From contig OY763927.2 of NCBI GenBank assembly GCA_963667665.2, positions 640,001 through 704,000 of the forward strand: DNA of 64,000 bases. The letters run 5' to 3'. Below the pieces are notes generated by a model that was not told the DNA's origin, ran no database searches, and saw nothing but the letters and a program-made list of their open reading frames with translations. Every line of letters begins with the position of its first letter. Positions within the stretch are counted from its first letter, which is position 1. Shown here piece by piece: positions 62,981 through 64,000 of the stretch. The DNA is from Nitrosopumilus sp. GTDB lineage: Archaea > Thermoproteota > Nitrososphaeria > Nitrososphaerales > Nitrosopumilaceae. A program made the translations under genes and the position numbers.

Positions 62981-63472
62981 ATGGTAAAAATCGGTCCAAT
63001 CATTGTAATTGGAGCAATAATAGCTACTATGGGTGCTGGGATGTTCATGTATACACAATATCAAACAAATTACATTTCATCAGTTGCAGGAGAGACAGTT
63101 ACAGTTGGACCAGTAGAGTATGTCATTACATTTGAAGGAACACATGATGGAAGTGAAGAAAAAAGACCTGAAAACACGTTTGTAATGATTGGAATCACTG
63201 CAAAAAACATCAGTGAAGAAAAAACTCTGCTTACAGGAGGACAATTCTATATTGTTGATGAAAAAGAACAAAAACACATTGCAGTTTATGGTGAAGAAAC
63301 ATTTTCTTCTAAAGACTTGTTCATTGTATGGTTAGAACCAAACAAACCAATTGGAATTACAACACAGTTTGATATTTCATTTGATGAAAAAAAATTATAC
63401 AAAATAATTATTAGACCACAAAAAGAACAATCAACAACGGACACAGCTGTTGTTTGCATAACAAATTGTTGA
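62981..63472 (+). CDS. membrane-anchored DUF4352-like Ig-fold protein
   Basis: N-terminal TM, FVMIGITAKN, FYIVD, LEPN. Confidence 0.65.
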   Translation: MVKIGPIIVIGAIIATMGAGMFMYTQYQTNYISSVAGETVTVGPVEYVITFEGTHDGSEEKRPENTFVMIGITAKNISEEKTLLTGGQFYIVDEKEQKHIAVYGEETFSSKDLFIVWLEPNKPIGITTQFDISFDEKKLYKIIIRPQKEQSTTDTAVVCITNC

Positions 63473-63573
63473 TCGCATTTTTTAAAAACAAAAAAAATTG
63501 TCAAATTTTTCTATAGGTAGCGTAGTTATGTGTGACTTGTACCATATAACACGCATAACTTTTGGAAAAAGTT

Positions 63574-63864
63574 ATGGCAATATCCAAAGCCAAAAGAGCA
63601 GCAGCAGCTAAAAAAGCAGCACGCACTCGAAAGAGAAACGCAGCAGCAAAAGCAGCAACAAAAGCAGCAGCAGCTACTAAAGCAAAGGCCTCTCGTAGAC
63701 GAAAGGCAGCAGCTAAACCTGGAGCAGCAACTCGCAAGAAAGCAGCTCCAAAACGTAGAGCAGCTCCAAAACGAAAGGCAGCTAAACGTAAAGCAGCTCC
63801 AAAACGTAAAGCAGCTAAACGTAAAGCACCAAAAAGAAAGGCAGCAAAAAAACGTAATCGTTAA
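63574..63864 (+). CDS. Lys/Ala/Arg-rich histone H1-like basic protein
   Basis: KAAPKRKAAKR repeats; T-rich terminator follows. Confidence 0.75.
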   Translation: MAISKAKRAAAAKKAARTRKRNAAAKAATKAAAATKAKASRRRKAAAKPGAATRKKAAPKRRAAPKRKAAKRKAAPKRKAAKRKAPKRKAAKKRNR

Positions 63865-63907
63865 ACTGTCTAACTTATTTTTTCTATTTTTTTATTCTCA
63901 ATTTAAA

Positions 63908-63935
63908 ATGTTTCTATATTCGAGTTTAGAAACAT
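63908..63935. repeat. 11-6-11 palindromic site
   Basis: ATGTTTCTATA-TTCGAG-TTTAGAAACAT. Confidence 0.65.
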
Positions 63936-64000
63936 TCTAAATTACTAGTCTTGCATCTTTAATTCAGGCAAAACAAAAACTTTGTTTGGTTTAATTTTTA

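Overview
AT-rich archaeal chromosome segment whose gene content and order indicate a Nitrosopumilus-like thaumarchaeote (Nitrosopumilaceae). Core genes include LLM oxidoreductase, thiolase/DUF35, thrC, type II GAPDH, HMG-CoA synthase, bioDABF, CcdA/thioredoxin, an ESCRT-III/CdvB protein, psmA, a long ribosomal protein cluster and tRNA-Asn. Two accessory regions interrupt the core. Island 1 (about 3.7-9.9 kb) is a patchwork of gene fragments with an intact IS3 element. Island 2 (about 16.0-33.2 kb) starts with a tyrosine integrase and is bounded by an exact 18-bp direct repeat lying in the GAPDH promoter region rather than in a tRNA. A third copy of that site cuts off a 320-bp one-gene mini-unit at the right end. 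Island 2 also holds a second integrase and many IS3/IS5/ISH3/IS66 pieces. Other notable signals: perfect DNA tandem repeats building K/E-rich tails on ribosomal proteins S3 and L24, four 11-6-11 palindromic sites near the tRNA end, a GTTAAC-N16-GTTAAC motif before both bioB and the r-protein operon, a poly-G frameshift tract, and a decaying glycosyltransferase/deacetylase locus. All calls come from reading the sequence; no database searches were run.
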